DNA of 64,000 bases from an uncultured Chloroflexia bacterium (GTDB taxonomy: Bacteria; Chloroflexota; Chloroflexia; QHBQ01; JADMIH01): the NCBI GenBank assembly GCA_963797095.1, contig CAWCNY010000004.1, positions 352,001 through 416,000 on the forward strand. The letters are read 5' to 3'. Made by a program: the position numbers and the translations under genes. This document shows positions 10,521 through 21,182 of the stretch, one piece after another. Within the stretch, counting starts at the first letter, position 1. Each line of letters starts with the position of its first letter. Below the pieces are notes generated by a model, which was not told the DNA's origin, did no database searches, and saw only the letters and a list, made by a program, of their open reading frames with translations.

Positions 10521-10549
10521 ATTCTAGAGGCGACATCCCTTACTGTCAA
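10521..10549 (-). promoter_or_regulatory. Sigma70-type promoter for metB
   Basis: Minus strand reads TTGACA-17 nt-TAGAAT, followed by AGGAG RBS. Confidence 0.75.
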
Positions 10550-10618
10550 CTCACACTCACCAAGTAAGCAGGGCTGAAGCAAAGTCGGTATCGGACACAC
10601 CAGGTTTGGATCTACACA

Positions 10619-11368
10619 GTGCGCCCTTTAACGGCGTGATAGATTGCTCCTGAGGAGTTGTACTTGGACAACGGTGCAAGGACTACGCGGCAGGCGTCTC
10701 GCCTCGGCAAGTTGAGAGGTCTGAAGCCCGCGAACAAAAGTTCGGCTGCTGCTAGCCACAAGCGGTTGACCGACCAGTCCTGTGACCTATGCTGACGAGA
10801 GAAACCTGCGTTTGAGGCGTCGTCATCCAAAACAGGTGTAAGTGGCTGATACACCTAACCCAAAATGGGAAGGCGGCGGCTGATTGGCCTGTGTACCAAC
10901 TCAGTGTTGTCTCCAACCCGCCCGGCGTATAGCAGGCAGCTAAGGGTCACTTGATACGTCTATCACGTTGGAACTGGGGAACTCCCACCTCTTCTACCGA
11001 GGCAACTCGGCTGCGAAAATGCCAGCAGAGGGGTAAGGAGGACGGAGGCGGCGTAGTAGCCAATTGGCCGCAAAGTAAAAAGAAAAGATGTAAACAAAGG
11101 AAAGGCCATAATGCCCAGCTCTAATCGTTGGGACAGGGTGAAGGTCCGCCAGGGGAAGCGATGGGAGAAGCAAGCAAACAGACTTCAGTGCGGAAAGCAG
11201 ATGACGGTCGGCAGCGATAAGCATAAGTCCGGCTGGTGCGCCGCACAGTCGGCAACGACATGTCTGCACTTGGTCAGTACCACCGTCCAACTGGAAAGCG
11301 ACGTGCGGTGAAAGTCGCATGCGTCGTTTGGAGCGGGGGAAAGGTTGTAAGACCCTACCTATCGCTAC
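10619..11368 (+). mobile_element. ORF-less group II intron (IIB-type), 750 nt
   Basis: 5' end GTGCG. Domain V is AAAGCGACGTGCGGTGAAAGTCGCATGCGTCGTTT. Domain VI is AGCGGGGGAAAGGTTGTAAGACCCTACCTATCGCTAC, with bulged A at -8 and an AC end. EBS1 TGTGTA pairs exon TACACA and EBS2 ATCCAAA pairs exon TTTGGAT. No RT ORF. Confidence 0.92.
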
Positions 11369-11420
11369 AAAAAGGAAATGGGTGCATGAGGACCCAACCA
11401 GACCCCATGCACCCCCTTCC
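11369..11420 (-). terminator. Intrinsic terminator downstream of the DUF5680-like gene; U-tract interrupted by the intron
   Basis: Minus strand GGAAGGGGGTGCATGGGG..CTCATGCACCCATTTCC followed by TTTTT. Confidence 0.55.
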
Positions 11421-11511
11421 CCATACCTAAAACCTAAAACTTCAAACCCAAATCCCCAAAAACCTTCGTGCCCTTAGTACTCCTTCGCATCTTCGTGTAC
11501 AAAGATCCAAA

Positions 11512-11728
11512 TACGCAATACGCAGTACGCAGTACGCAGTACGCAGTACGCAGTACGCAGTACGCAGTACGCAGTACGCAGTACGCAGTACGCAGTACGC
11601 AGTACGCAGTACGCAGTACGCAGTACGCAGTACGCAGTACGCAGTACGCAGTACGCAGTACGCAGTACGCAGTACGCAATACGCAGTACGCAGTACGCAG
11701 TACGCAATACGCAGTACGCAGTACGCAG
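11512..11728 (+). repeat. Heptamer tandem array (TACGCAG)x31
   Basis: 217 bp, 31 units; the variant TACGCAA occurs at units 1, 24 and 28. Confidence 0.97.
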
Positions 11729-11753
11729 TACCAACAACCCTTCATGCCGATCT

Positions 11754-12269
11754 CTACCGAATAAACCCACCCACATACCACAGGTGGTACACCAGCGACC
11801 CCCTGTACTTGATCGTCTCTTCCCCAAGAAATTCGGCAAGGTGCCCCAATGGGTGGTTAGAATACTCGAACCCGTAGTACTCATAGTGCAAAGGCCCCCT
11901 GAATGGCAGGTCTTCGTTCACCTGCGCCAGTGCCGCCCTCAGCACGGCATAGATCCATTGCGGCTGCAAGTCCCACATATAGTGGTTGATCAAGCCTCCC
12001 GAATATCCCATCCCCCACACCGGGCGGCTGTCATAGTGCACCACTTCCTGTCCGGAGAATCGCTCGAAGCCAAAGAAGCTGTTGTTATATGCGAAAAGCC
12101 CGCGCATATATTGCAGCTGTGACGCACCGGGCAGCGCCCCCTGCAATATGCCAGGGTTAGCCACCGGGCGGGCGCTGCGCTTCGCCTCCACCAGAAACTG
12201 CGTGAATGCTAAATTGTCGAATGGAGTTGTTTCGCGCTCCCTGCCAACTAAATCGTTCATGACTGTCAC
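11754..12269 (-). CDS. DUF5680-like protein
   Basis: [42 protein letters not shown]; RBS AGGAG. Confidence 0.75.
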   Translation of the reverse strand: MTVMNDLVGRERETTPFDNLAFTQFLVEAKRSARPVANPGILQGALPGASQLQYMRGLFAYNNSFFGFERFSGQEVVHYDSRPVWGMGYSGGLINHYMWDLQPQWIYAVLRAALAQVNEDLPFRGPLHYEYYGFEYSNHPLGHLAEFLGEETIKYRGSLVYHLWYVGGFIR

Positions 12270-12325
12270 AATTATCTCCTTGGAACGTGATATGTCAAGC
12301 GTGAGACCTTACGCCTTTTCACAAA

Positions 12326-13672
12326 TCAGGCTTGTTCCCGCGCTCTCCACCTCAAGCGCGCCACGTATACGAGCGCAAGCATAGTTAGGGACTGCACTAT
12401 CACAGGATACTCTTTGCCGCCCAGGCCCGCCTGAACAGCAACTACGATCAACGGCAGAACCGCTATCCAGCCGTAAATCGCTACGCGCCACAACTTCCAA
12501 CCACGCCCACCCTGTTCATCGGGCAACCCGCTTGCCGCCAGCATCAGCAAAGCTGGGAAAAGAAGAAGAATATGCTCATAGCCAAGCAAATAAGGACTGA
12601 TTACGCTATTTATCACGATCGTCAGCGCCAGGCTCATAGGCACAGGCGATCCAAGGTCAAGCAAGTCATGCCGCCACTGTGGCAGCAAAGCAGCCAGTCC
12701 AACCACTGTCAGAAGGGCCGCCACTGCCAACCACGGCAAGCCGTCGCCCAGCCACTGGTAGCTCACTCCCCACACCGAAGCCGACACCTGTACCTGGCTT
12801 CCCGCCTGCCCGCCCAGCACGATCCTCAACCAGTCGCCCAGCGACGAAGGGTACGCAATCATGGGAACAAACAGAAGAAACGCCAGCGACCCTGCGCCCC
12901 AGGCCGGGATCGCCCATCGCCGGCGGTTGATCGCCCACAACATCACCAACAGCACCGCCAAACCAACCGCCTGGGGCTTGGTCGCCAGTAGTGCCAGCCC
13001 AACCCCCACCAGCCCATCACGCAAGCCCGGCTGAGACCGCTCCCCTGCCAGGCATCCCCAGGTGCCTACCAGTATCGCGAACTCGATGATCGAGAACTGC
13101 CCGATATACACGGTAAGCAAGCTCTCCCGGTAAAGCATGCTCACCAACACCGTCAAAACAATAGCCATCACCGCAGCCGCACGCCCCGACCGGAAAGCTG
13201 GGCTAGACACCCGTAGCAATTGCACGATCCCCCATACCAGCAAAAGCATATTGAGCGCGCGCCACAAAGCCAGCGCCACCGTCAGCGGCAGCAGCGCGAA
13301 CGGAGTAAACGCCAGCGCCATCCACATCGGGTAGATAAAGTGATATTGTGCACCGCTATTGAAGGCGGTAGCACCGTCGAAGCTCGGAGCATAACTCCCC
13401 AGCGCACTACTTACCTGCTCGCTCGAAGGGTCATAAGGGTCCGCACCGTTCAGCAGCAGCCGCGAAGGCAGCCATACATTCTGAGTGAAATCGTTCTTCA
13501 CTCCGGTGCCCTGCCCCCACGCCGACATCACCCAGAAGGCAAGCGCGAAAGCCACCACCCATCCCACCACGCGCATTCCGCCTTGCACACGCGCAGATAC
13601 TCCACTTCCCACTGCGGAAGTAAGCACAGGCTGCGAGCCACTATTGAGCGTAGCGGTATCAGAAACGGGCAA
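12326..13672 (-). CDS. GT87 family (DUF2029) alpha-mannosyltransferase-like membrane protein
   Basis: DF, GADPYD, FIYP, GQFS, ATKPQ, SPYLLGYE motifs; many TM helices. Confidence 0.85.
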   Translation of the reverse strand: MPVSDTATLNSGSQPVLTSAVGSGVSARVQGGMRVVGWVVAFALAFWVMSAWGQGTGVKNDFTQNVWLPSRLLLNGADPYDPSSEQVSSALGSYAPSFDGATAFNSGAQYHFIYPMWMALAFTPFALLPLTVALALWRALNMLLLVWGIVQLLRVSSPAFRSGRAAAVMAIVLTVLVSMLYRESLLTVYIGQFSIIEFAILVGTWGCLAGERSQPGLRDGLVGVGLALLATKPQAVGLAVLLVMLWAINRRRWAIPAWGAGSLAFLLFVPMIAYPSSLGDWLRIVLGGQAGSQVQVSASVWGVSYQWLGDGLPWLAVAALLTVVGLAALLPQWRHDLLDLGSPVPMSLALTIVINSVISPYLLGYEHILLLFPALLMLAASGLPDEQGGRGWKLWRVAIYGWIAVLPLIVVAVQAGLGGKEYPVIVQSLTMLALVYVARLRWRAREQA

Positions 13673-13824
13673 GGAGATGCACCTCTGGAAACCCCAGTTT
13701 CTCCGAGTATAGCACCCCGATTCCGGCGGTGTAAATACCCCATTTGGTATAACTCGCGTGGGCCAATGGTAACGGTCCGCAACGTCATTGGAGGCCTTTG
13801 GCGAGTGCCAATCCTACTACGTCC

Positions 13825-15330
13825 CTACCCTCCGCCCCTAACAGACGCACTCCCAAGCGCCACCGCCAGCCGCCGCACACCCGCTCTTATTTCCGCCTCT
13901 GCCACTCCCGTATACCCAAGCAACAGCCCCGGTGCGCCACCCTTCCCCAGGTAGAATGTCGAAAGAGCAGGCGCGACCACACCCTCTTCCAATGCCCTCG
14001 CTGAAACAGCCACATCGTCCACCCCGTCGCCCAGCCACCCGATCAGGTGCATCCCCGCGTCCGCCGGGCTTACCTCCAACATCCCTTCCAACTCCTTCCC
14101 CGCAGCCTCCACAAGAATCGCCTGCCGCTCCGCATACAAAGCCCGCATCCGCCGTATGTGCCGCGCGAAGTGTCCTTCCGCAATGAAGTCGGTAAGGACT
14201 ACCTGCTCAGGCGTCGGAGAATGCACATCGGTACGTGCCCGCATCGCCACGAACGAGTCCACCAGGTCGGGCGGAGCCACCAGATAGCCTATCCTCAAGG
14301 AAGGAAATAGCACCTTGCTGAACGACCCTACATAGATCACTCGCGCCTCGTTATCTACACCTTGCAGCGCGGCCAGGGGCCTATTCGCATACCTGTATTC
14401 GCTGTTGTAGTCATCTTCCAGTACCCACGCGTCCGCCTGCACCGCCCACTCCAGCAGCGCCAACCGTCGTGCAAGGCTCATAGTCATCCCAAGCGGATAC
14501 TGGCACGACGGCGACACGCAAACCAACCGCACATGCGGCGCTCGTTCAATCCCTTCAGAAACAACCAATCCCTCACCGTCCACTGGCACACCCACAAGGC
14601 GTATACTGGAGCTAAGCAGCGCTCCCTTCACACCCTGGTAGCCCGGGTCTTCTACCCACGCCGTATCTCCAGGGTCAAGCAACACCCGCGCCGCCAGGTC
14701 AAGCGCCTGCTGCGACCCCGCAGTGATAACAATCTGGCCAGGTGCGCACCGCACCCCCCGCGCCGCACCCAGATATGCCGCTACCGCCTCCCGCAAAGGC
14801 CTGTATCCCGCAGGGTCGCCTGGCCTCAGCAGGTCCGGCGATGGGTTTCGCCAGTGCCTCGCGAGCAGTCCCGCCCAGATACGAAATGGAAACTCATCGA
14901 GAGCGGGCAGCCCTGGCTGAAATGCGCGTGGCATTTCTCGAAAACTCACCTGTCCCCCGGGCATTCCCGACACCTGCCGCCCCCGCCTCGAGATCTCACG
15001 CCCGCTGTGCGGAACCCCGCCTTTCCCATCAGGCGGGACGGCCACATTCAGCACCTGCTCTGGCAGCACCCGCGCTACGTAAGTGCCCGCCCCTACCTTT
15101 CCTTCCATATACCCTTCCGCCAGCAATTGGTCGAACGCGCTGACAACGGTGTTTCTCGACACCCCAAGTTCTCCCGACAGCGCGCGCGTCGAAGGCAGAC
15201 GCAATCCGCCCGCCAGCCGCCCCGATAGGATCGCTTCTCGCAGATAATCGTACAACTGCCGTTGCATCGGCACCTCGGACCACCGTTCAAGCACAACGGG
15301 CACAAATGGCATAGCATTAGACTGTTTCAC
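13825..15330 (-). CDS. pdxR: MocR/GntR PLP-dependent transcription regulator (PdxR-like)
   Basis: wHTH RLPSTRALSGELGVSRNTV plus aminotransferase domain (EDDYNSEY, GSFSKVLFPSLRIGY). Divergent from pdxST. Likely start is GTG 15330 after GGAGG. Confidence 0.85.
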   Translation of the reverse strand: MKQSNAMPFVPVVLERWSEVPMQRQLYDYLREAILSGRLAGGLRLPSTRALSGELGVSRNTVVSAFDQLLAEGYMEGKVGAGTYVARVLPEQVLNVAVPPDGKGGVPHSGREISRRGRQVSGMPGGQVSFREMPRAFQPGLPALDEFPFRIWAGLLARHWRNPSPDLLRPGDPAGYRPLREAVAAYLGAARGVRCAPGQIVITAGSQQALDLAARVLLDPGDTAWVEDPGYQGVKGALLSSSIRLVGVPVDGEGLVVSEGIERAPHVRLVCVSPSCQYPLGMTMSLARRLALLEWAVQADAWVLEDDYNSEYRYANRPLAALQGVDNEARVIYVGSFSKVLFPSLRIGYLVAPPDLVDSFVAMRARTDVHSPTPEQVVLTDFIAEGHFARHIRRMRALYAERQAILVEAAGKELEGMLEVSPADAGMHLIGWLGDGVDDVAVSARALEEGVVAPALSTFYLGKGGAPGLLLGYTGVAEAEIRAGVRRLAVALGSASVRGGG

Positions 15331-15370
15331 CGGGTCATCCTCCACAACAGAACCGGCGCTTCGCATCAGA

Positions 15371-15420
15371 AATTGGTACTACCAAAATAGCCGAGAGTGG
15401 CCCTTGTGTCAATACCATTT
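15371..15420. promoter_or_regulatory. Putative MocR-family operator (two direct repeats plus one inverted)
   Basis: AATTGGTACT..AGTGGCCCT..ATACCATTT between the divergent genes. Confidence 0.5.
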
Positions 15421-15460
15421 GAGAGGATAAGATGTTAACACGAGCAAAATGACACCATTC

Positions 15461-15925
15461 ATGGAAACTGAAGCGTTAACCATTCAAATAAGACGTGCAA
15501 CACTCGCCGACGCCGAATCCATCGCGACTCTGTTGCACGATGCGTTTCGCGAGTACAGGTCGTCTTACACGAAGCGTGCCTTCGAGGCCACCACGCCCAA
15601 AGCCCACCGAATTGTCGCCCGCCTGGGCGAAGGCCCCGTGGCTGGCACTAGATGGCCCCACCGTCGTCGGCACCGTGTCTGCCACGCCGCGCAACGGCGG
15701 GCTGTACATCAGGAGCATGGCCGTCTTGCCCTCTGCGCGCGGCAAATCGATCGGCAATCTGCTCCTGGCCCAGGTAGAACAATACGCGCGCCTCTTCTTG
15801 AGCACCACACCCTTCCTGACCCGCGCCATCCGCCTGTACGAACGCTGGGGGTTTCACACGAAAAGCCGGTGGCACTGACACACTTTTCGGCACTCCCCTT
15901 TCCAGCATGGAGAAACACTTGGACT
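15461..15925 (+). pseudogene. Frameshifted GNAT acetyltransferase
   Basis: IRRATLADAESIA..RLGEGP, then WLALDGPTVVGTV..MAVLPSARGKSIG..AIRLYERWGF, then [11 protein letters not shown]; the frame changes near 15640 and again near 15860. Confidence 0.75.
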
Positions 15926-15998
15926 ACAGGAGGCGCACTCTCGCTTGCCTCTTACTGACCTTGAAGGTACAATTAGATCAGATCAACGGAGGATCAAA

Positions 15999-16880
15999 AT
16001 GGAGAAATCAACCTTTACCACCAAGAAAGGTCTCGCCCAGATGCTCAAGGGCGGCGTCATCATGGACGTAGTCACTCCTGAGCACGCCCGCATCGCCGAA
16101 GACGCAGGCGCTGTTGCCGTCATGGCATTGGAGCGTGTTCCCGCCGATATCCGCGCCCAGGGTGGCGTCGCCCGCATGAGCGACCCTGAAATGATAGTCG
16201 GCATCATGGCTGCCGTCACCATCCCTGTGATGGCGAAATGCAGGATCGGCCACTTCATGGAGGCCCGCATCCTCGAAGCCCTAGGCGTCGACTACATAGA
16301 CGAAAGCGAAGTGCTCACCCCAGCCGACGAGCGCTACCACATCAACAAGCACGACTTCAAAGTCCCCTTCGTATGCGGCTGCCGCGACCTCGGCGAAGCC
16401 CTACGCCGCATCGGTGAGGGCGCTGCCATGATCCGCACCAAAGGCGAGGCCGGCACTGGCAACGTCGTAGAGGCAGTGCGCCACATGCGCTCGGTCTGGG
16501 ACGGCATTCGCAAGCTCCAGAACATGCCCCGCGAAGAGCTAATGACCGAAGCCAAAGAACTCGGCGCGCCCTACGACCTCGTTGTCTGGGTCGCCGAGAA
16601 CGGCACCCTTCCCGTCGTCAACTTCGCCGCCGGTGGCGTAGCCACCCCCGCCGACGCCGCCCTCATGATGGCCCTCGGCGCAGATGGTGTCTTCGTGGGC
16701 TCCGGCATCTTCAAGTCCGGCGACCCCGCCCGCCGCGCCCGCGCCATCGTCCAGGCCGTCACCCACTACAATGACCCCGCGATCCTTGCGGATGTAAGCC
16801 GCAACCTTGGTGAGGCAATGGTAGGTATCAACGTCTCCACCCTCCCCCAGGAAGAGCTACTTTCGGTAAGGGGTTGGTAA
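15999..16880 (+). CDS. pdxS: Pyridoxal 5'-phosphate synthase lyase subunit
   Basis: [38 protein letters not shown]; RBS GGAGG. Confidence 0.97.
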   Translation: MEKSTFTTKKGLAQMLKGGVIMDVVTPEHARIAEDAGAVAVMALERVPADIRAQGGVARMSDPEMIVGIMAAVTIPVMAKCRIGHFMEARILEALGVDYIDESEVLTPADERYHINKHDFKVPFVCGCRDLGEALRRIGEGAAMIRTKGEAGTGNVVEAVRHMRSVWDGIRKLQNMPREELMTEAKELGAPYDLVVWVAENGTLPVVNFAAGGVATPADAALMMALGADGVFVGSGIFKSGDPARRARAIVQAVTHYNDPAILADVSRNLGEAMVGINVSTLPQEELLSVRGW

Positions 16881-16964
16881 ACCCATTGCGGGTTTTAGAT
16901 TTCGGATTGCAGATTGTTATCGCACGAGAAGTCCGAGATCCAAAATCCGCAACCTACAGTCAAA

Positions 16965-17546
16965 ATGATAAGGATTGGCGTTCTCGCCCTTCAGGGCGCA
17001 TTCCGCGAGCATGTCGAGGCCCTGCGTAAGCTGGGTGCCGAAGCCGTTGAGGTCCGTCTGCCTGAGCAGCTAGAGGGCCTCGACGGCCTCATCATCCCCG
17101 GTGGAGAAAGTACCACAATCGGCAAATTAGCGGTACAATATGGATTAGAGGAAGCGATCAGGCGCTTCGCTCAACAAGGCAAGCCGGTCTACGGCACCTG
17201 CGCTGGTATGATCATGCTGTCAAGAGATGTCGGGCGCGACCAGCCCCTCCTCGGCCTCATGAACATCAAAGTTGAGCGCAACGCCTTTGGTCGCCAGCTT
17301 GACAGCTTCGAAACCGACCTGGATATCCCCGCCCTCGGCAAGAAGCCGTTCCACGCCGTCTTTATCCGTGCACCCAGGATAGAGAGCGTGGGCGAAGGCG
17401 TCGACGTCCTATCCCGCCTTGACGACAACACAGCCGTCGCCGCCCGCCAGGGCAACGTGATAGTCACCGCCTTCCACCCCGAACTAACTGACGACTTGCG
17501 TTGGCATCGCTATTTCCTGTCATTGGTGGAAGATCAGAAAGCCTAG
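16965..17546 (+). CDS. pdxT: Pyridoxal 5'-phosphate synthase glutaminase subunit
   Basis: GVLALQG, PGGESTT, GTCAG, RNAFGRQ, FIRAP, FHPE. Confidence 0.97.
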   Translation: MIRIGVLALQGAFREHVEALRKLGAEAVEVRLPEQLEGLDGLIIPGGESTTIGKLAVQYGLEEAIRRFAQQGKPVYGTCAGMIMLSRDVGRDQPLLGLMNIKVERNAFGRQLDSFETDLDIPALGKKPFHAVFIRAPRIESVGEGVDVLSRLDDNTAVAARQGNVIVTAFHPELTDDLRWHRYFLSLVEDQKA

Positions 17547-17615
17547 TTACGAATTACACCCTCATCAATTCACCCGCTTAGTAATTGAAGTTCGTAACGT
17601 CCTGAAAGGAGAGGT

Positions 17616-18641
17616 ATGGCCTACAAGATGAGGCATGCGAATCTCCTTGACCTGTTGAGCATCAGCGCTACGCGGGGCAAGCAGCGTGTGCTCCGCCTCA
17701 ATCCCCCCTATACCCTCGTCCAGCCTCAGGCCCTCTTGACCGACCTCCTGCGGTCCCAACTTCCCATCCAGCCACGCTTCAACTTCGTCTACGTTTACCG
17801 CGATGCTGGCCGCACCCAGGGCTGGATTCAGGCCCGCTGCCGTTGGCAAAGGCGCGACGAGTGGACTATCACAACTCTCTCCACCAACGAAAAAGCCTCG
17901 CCATATGTCGGCGAGCGACTCCTCAAGGAGCTTGTACGTGAGGCGGGCGAACAGGGCGTGATCCGCGTCTTCGCCAAAATACCCGAAGACGAGCCTCAAC
18001 TCCGCACCTTCCGCGCCCTCGGCTTCACACTCTACACCAACGAAGAAATCTGGGGCAACCTCTATTTCGGTGCCTCCACAACCGTCACCGAACCGCGAGA
18101 CGGCCCCCTCCGCAAGCTCCTTCGCACACGCACAGCCCGCGACGCCTGGGACCTCATGCAACTCTACGCCGCCATAACCCCTGCCGTCGTCCAGCGGGCC
18201 GAAATGCTCACCACCCGCCAGTGGCATATCAGCCACATCCCGCGCCCCTGGTTCCTGGCACAGGGTCTGCTTGAAAAGTCGTACGTCTGGCAGGACCTCA
18301 ACGACAAGTCGGACGGTCTGGGCGGTTTCGTGCGACTCCTCACCGGGGCCAACGGCCACTGGATCACGGTCATGTGCAGGCCCGATCTAGCCAACCGCGC
18401 AGTCGTACCGGTTGCAATCGATTTTGTATTGTGGAAAGCCGCGCGCCACTCCAATAAACCGGTATATTGTAGTATCAGAGAATATCAGGCCGAGGTAGGA
18501 ACCCTGTTGGAGGAACGGGGCTTCCACCTACTAAGCAGGCAAGCGCTACTCGTCAAATACCTCGCAGAGCCGATCAAGGAAAAACAACCCGCCCTTGCCC
18601 CCTTCCTGGTAAAGACAGGTGAGTTGGTGGGGACGAAGTAA
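17616..18641 (+). CDS. Conserved hypothetical protein, probable tandem GNAT-like fold
   Basis: RBS AGGAGAGG; VGERLLKEL..FRALGF and LLEERGF segments resemble GNAT motif B. Confidence 0.65.
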   Translation: MAYKMRHANLLDLLSISATRGKQRVLRLNPPYTLVQPQALLTDLLRSQLPIQPRFNFVYVYRDAGRTQGWIQARCRWQRRDEWTITTLSTNEKASPYVGERLLKELVREAGEQGVIRVFAKIPEDEPQLRTFRALGFTLYTNEEIWGNLYFGASTTVTEPRDGPLRKLLRTRTARDAWDLMQLYAAITPAVVQRAEMLTTRQWHISHIPRPWFLAQGLLEKSYVWQDLNDKSDGLGGFVRLLTGANGHWITVMCRPDLANRAVVPVAIDFVLWKAARHSNKPVYCSIREYQAEVGTLLEERGFHLLSRQALLVKYLAEPIKEKQPALAPFLVKTGELVGTK

Positions 18642-18841
18642 GCTGGCACTTCTGAATTCGTAGTCACTGGTTTGAGCATTACACCCTCCGTGCGGGCCGA
18701 AGTCGGTCTACCGACCGATACACTCTAACAGCGAGTTTGGTACAATTAGGATAAAACCCTACTCAAACTTATACCTCTAAACCTCAAACCTCAATCTTCT
18801 AAACACAGAACTGCCAAACCAAAGGGGTGATCCTTCCTAAT

Positions 18842-20833
18842 ATGTATTCTCCAAAAATTGATCAGTCCGAACTGGACTACCAAGGTTCATTAACGAACCT
18901 GCCCTCCCAGGCTGAAACAGCCGACCTCCAAACCTATGGAGCGCAACTAGGCACTAATCCCAATGAAATAGTACGCGGTGGTGGCGAGCACGTAGTCACA
19001 GACGATCTGGACGCCCTCCTCGCCGCTCTGCCAATCCATATTGTCGATCCGCTGAAAGCCCTCAATAACAGGGTCAATCTGCTTGAAGTAGTCATGGACT
19101 TGGGGCGACGCCCCGAAGCCCGCTATCGTGGCAGCGAGGCCTCTCTCAGCGAAAACGAAGTCACCCGCGCCGAGCTTGACTATGTCATCTCACGCATCGG
19201 TGAATTCGGTGGAGACAACCGCGCCGGTATCGAGCGCACCCTCCACCGTATCTCCTGCATCCGCAACCGCCGGGGCGATGTGGTTGGTCTCACCTGCCGC
19301 ATCGGTCGAGCAGTCTATGGCACTATCTCCATCATCAAAGACCTCGTCGAGACAGGGCGAAGCATCCTTCTTGTCGGCCCTCCGGGCGTCGGCAAAACTA
19401 CCATCCTGCGCGAATGCGCTCGCGTCCTCGCCGATGAGCTTCGCAAGCGCGTGGTGGTGGTCGACACCTCCAACGAGATCGCAGGCGACGGCGATATCCC
19501 GCACAACTCCATAGGGAGGGCGCGCCGTATGCAGGTGCCCGTCCCTGAGCGACAGCATGCCGTCATGATCGAGGCCGTGGAAAACCACATGCCCGAAGTC
19601 ATCATCATTGATGAGATCGGCACCGAGCTTGAGGCACTTGCGGCCCGCACTATCGCCGAGCGCGGCGTGCAGCTTGTGGGCACCGCCCACGGCACCAGCC
19701 TCGAAAACCTCATGCTCAACCCCACTCTCTCCGACCTCGTAGGCGGCATCCAGTCCGTCACCCTCAGCGACGAAGAAGCCCGGCGGCGCGGCACCCAGAA
19801 GTCTGTTCTGGAGCGCAAAGCCCCGCCCACCTTCGACATCATCGTCGAGCTACTGGATCGCGAGCGCGTTGCCGTTCATCGCGACGTGGCCGAAACGGTC
19901 GACTCCCTCCTGCGTGGCGAGATTATCCCGCCTGAGATCAGGACGCGCCTCTCCGATGGCAGCATCCACACCGAGATCGCCCACCTCGCCCCCCCCACGC
20001 CTCGTGGCAACGGCGTCACAGGCAGGCGTGATAGCGGTCGCGGGCAGGAGCGAGGTTGGGGGTATCAGGGCGCTAGCAACCTTCCAAATGCCCCCAGGCG
20101 TCAGATGCCCGAAGCCCCGGCTATGCGCCGCGACAGGCCGATGGAGTACCCGCGCGGCGCGGCCCAACAAAGGGGAGGGATCCCCTACCCTTTCGAGCGT
20201 GAGCGCGCTGCTAACGGCAACCCTCCCTCAACCCCGGCCGGGGAGATGCAGGGCACATCGCGTGTGTACGACACGCGCGATCCCTGGGTTGCCCAGCAGG
20301 AAGAGCGGGAGCGCACCAACTCAGCGCGCATCGGCCCCAACGCAATGAGCGTTGTGCAAGGCGTCTCACCTAGCAAGCCATTGCGTATCTACCCGTTCGG
20401 CGTCGGCAGGAACCGCCTCGAGGCCGCCATCAAGAACCTCCGCCTGCCCGCCTCGATCGTCCGCGAGATGAACGACTCCGACCTGGTGCTCACCCTCAAG
20501 AACTACTACCGCAAGAGTCCCCAGGCGCTCCGCGCCGCCGAATCGGCAGGTGTGCCCGTCTTCGTCCTCAAAAGTAACACTCAGCTACAGATCGAGTCCG
20601 CCCTGGCAAACGTCTTCAACGTGGAGCCAGCGGGCGACCCGGTAACCACCGCCATGGTTGAGGCCGAAGACGCCATCGCCGTAGTGATGGAGACCGCCAG
20701 GCCCATGGACCTCGCCCCCCAGACAGCCGAGATACGCAAACTCCAGCACCAGCTCGCCGACCGCTACAACCTCGCCTCCGTAAGCCGGGGCAAAGAGCCG
20801 TTCAGGCGCGTCCGCATCTTCCGCCAGGCCTGA
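18842..20833 (+). CDS. Ycf45/SpoIIIAA-like AAA ATPase with C-terminal R3H domain
   Basis: [41 protein letters not shown]; R3H motif [18 protein letters not shown]. Confidence 0.9.
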   Translation: MYSPKIDQSELDYQGSLTNLPSQAETADLQTYGAQLGTNPNEIVRGGGEHVVTDDLDALLAALPIHIVDPLKALNNRVNLLEVVMDLGRRPEARYRGSEASLSENEVTRAELDYVISRIGEFGGDNRAGIERTLHRISCIRNRRGDVVGLTCRIGRAVYGTISIIKDLVETGRSILLVGPPGVGKTTILRECARVLADELRKRVVVVDTSNEIAGDGDIPHNSIGRARRMQVPVPERQHAVMIEAVENHMPEVIIIDEIGTELEALAARTIAERGVQLVGTAHGTSLENLMLNPTLSDLVGGIQSVTLSDEEARRRGTQKSVLERKAPPTFDIIVELLDRERVAVHRDVAETVDSLLRGEIIPPEIRTRLSDGSIHTEIAHLAPPTPRGNGVTGRRDSGRGQERGWGYQGASNLPNAPRRQMPEAPAMRRDRPMEYPRGAAQQRGGIPYPFERERAANGNPPSTPAGEMQGTSRVYDTRDPWVAQQEERERTNSARIGPNAMSVVQGVSPSKPLRIYPFGVGRNRLEAAIKNLRLPASIVREMNDSDLVLTLKNYYRKSPQALRAAESAGVPVFVLKSNTQLQIESALANVFNVEPAGDPVTTAMVEAEDAIAVVMETARPMDLAPQTAEIRKLQHQLADRYNLASVSRGKEPFRRVRIFRQA

Positions 20834-20908
20834 TTTTCAATCGAGTGTTCGAGAAACATGAAGCATCCCGAATTTTAGGTGCAGCTTCGCAGGCGTGCGA
20901 TACCGACC

Positions 20909-20993
20909 AAGCCGTAGTCCCGTAAGGACTTAAGAATAAGCACTCCGATCCTATATGATGCAATGCTCTGCTGTCTCTACGGGACTACGGCTT
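20909..20993. repeat. REP/MITE-like element with 16-bp perfect terminal inverted repeat
   Basis: AAGCCGTAGTCCCGTA ... TACGGGACTACGGCTT; an inverted homolog lies at 28541-28624. Confidence 0.8.
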
Positions 20994-21182
20994 TGGTAGC
21001 AAGGGAGGCAGTGCCGCCACAAGGGGTACCTTTGAATTGCTGTTGCGCTTCAGATGATCTGAAACGCCTAACTGCAATCTTCTGCTTGACAGACCGCGCT
21101 ACAATCCGCTAGTATTGCCATCGTCATACCTCCACGCTCCCCCTAAAGCTCAAGTTGAACAATTCACCTCTCAACACGACAC

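Noticed and set aside
10494-10618. SAM riboswitch or T-box upstream of metB
   Set aside because: The promoter leaves only a ~20-nt leader, and no such motif is visible.
11512-11728. CRISPR array
   Set aside because: Contiguous 7-mers with no spacers.
11434-11884. ORFs with LRTAYCV / STQYAVR repeats
   Set aside because: They are translations of the stop-free heptamer array, with no RBS or domain signal.
20834-21182. c-di-AMP (ydaO) riboswitch upstream of darA
   Set aside because: No consensus motif; the structure is explained by the REP/MITE inverted repeat.
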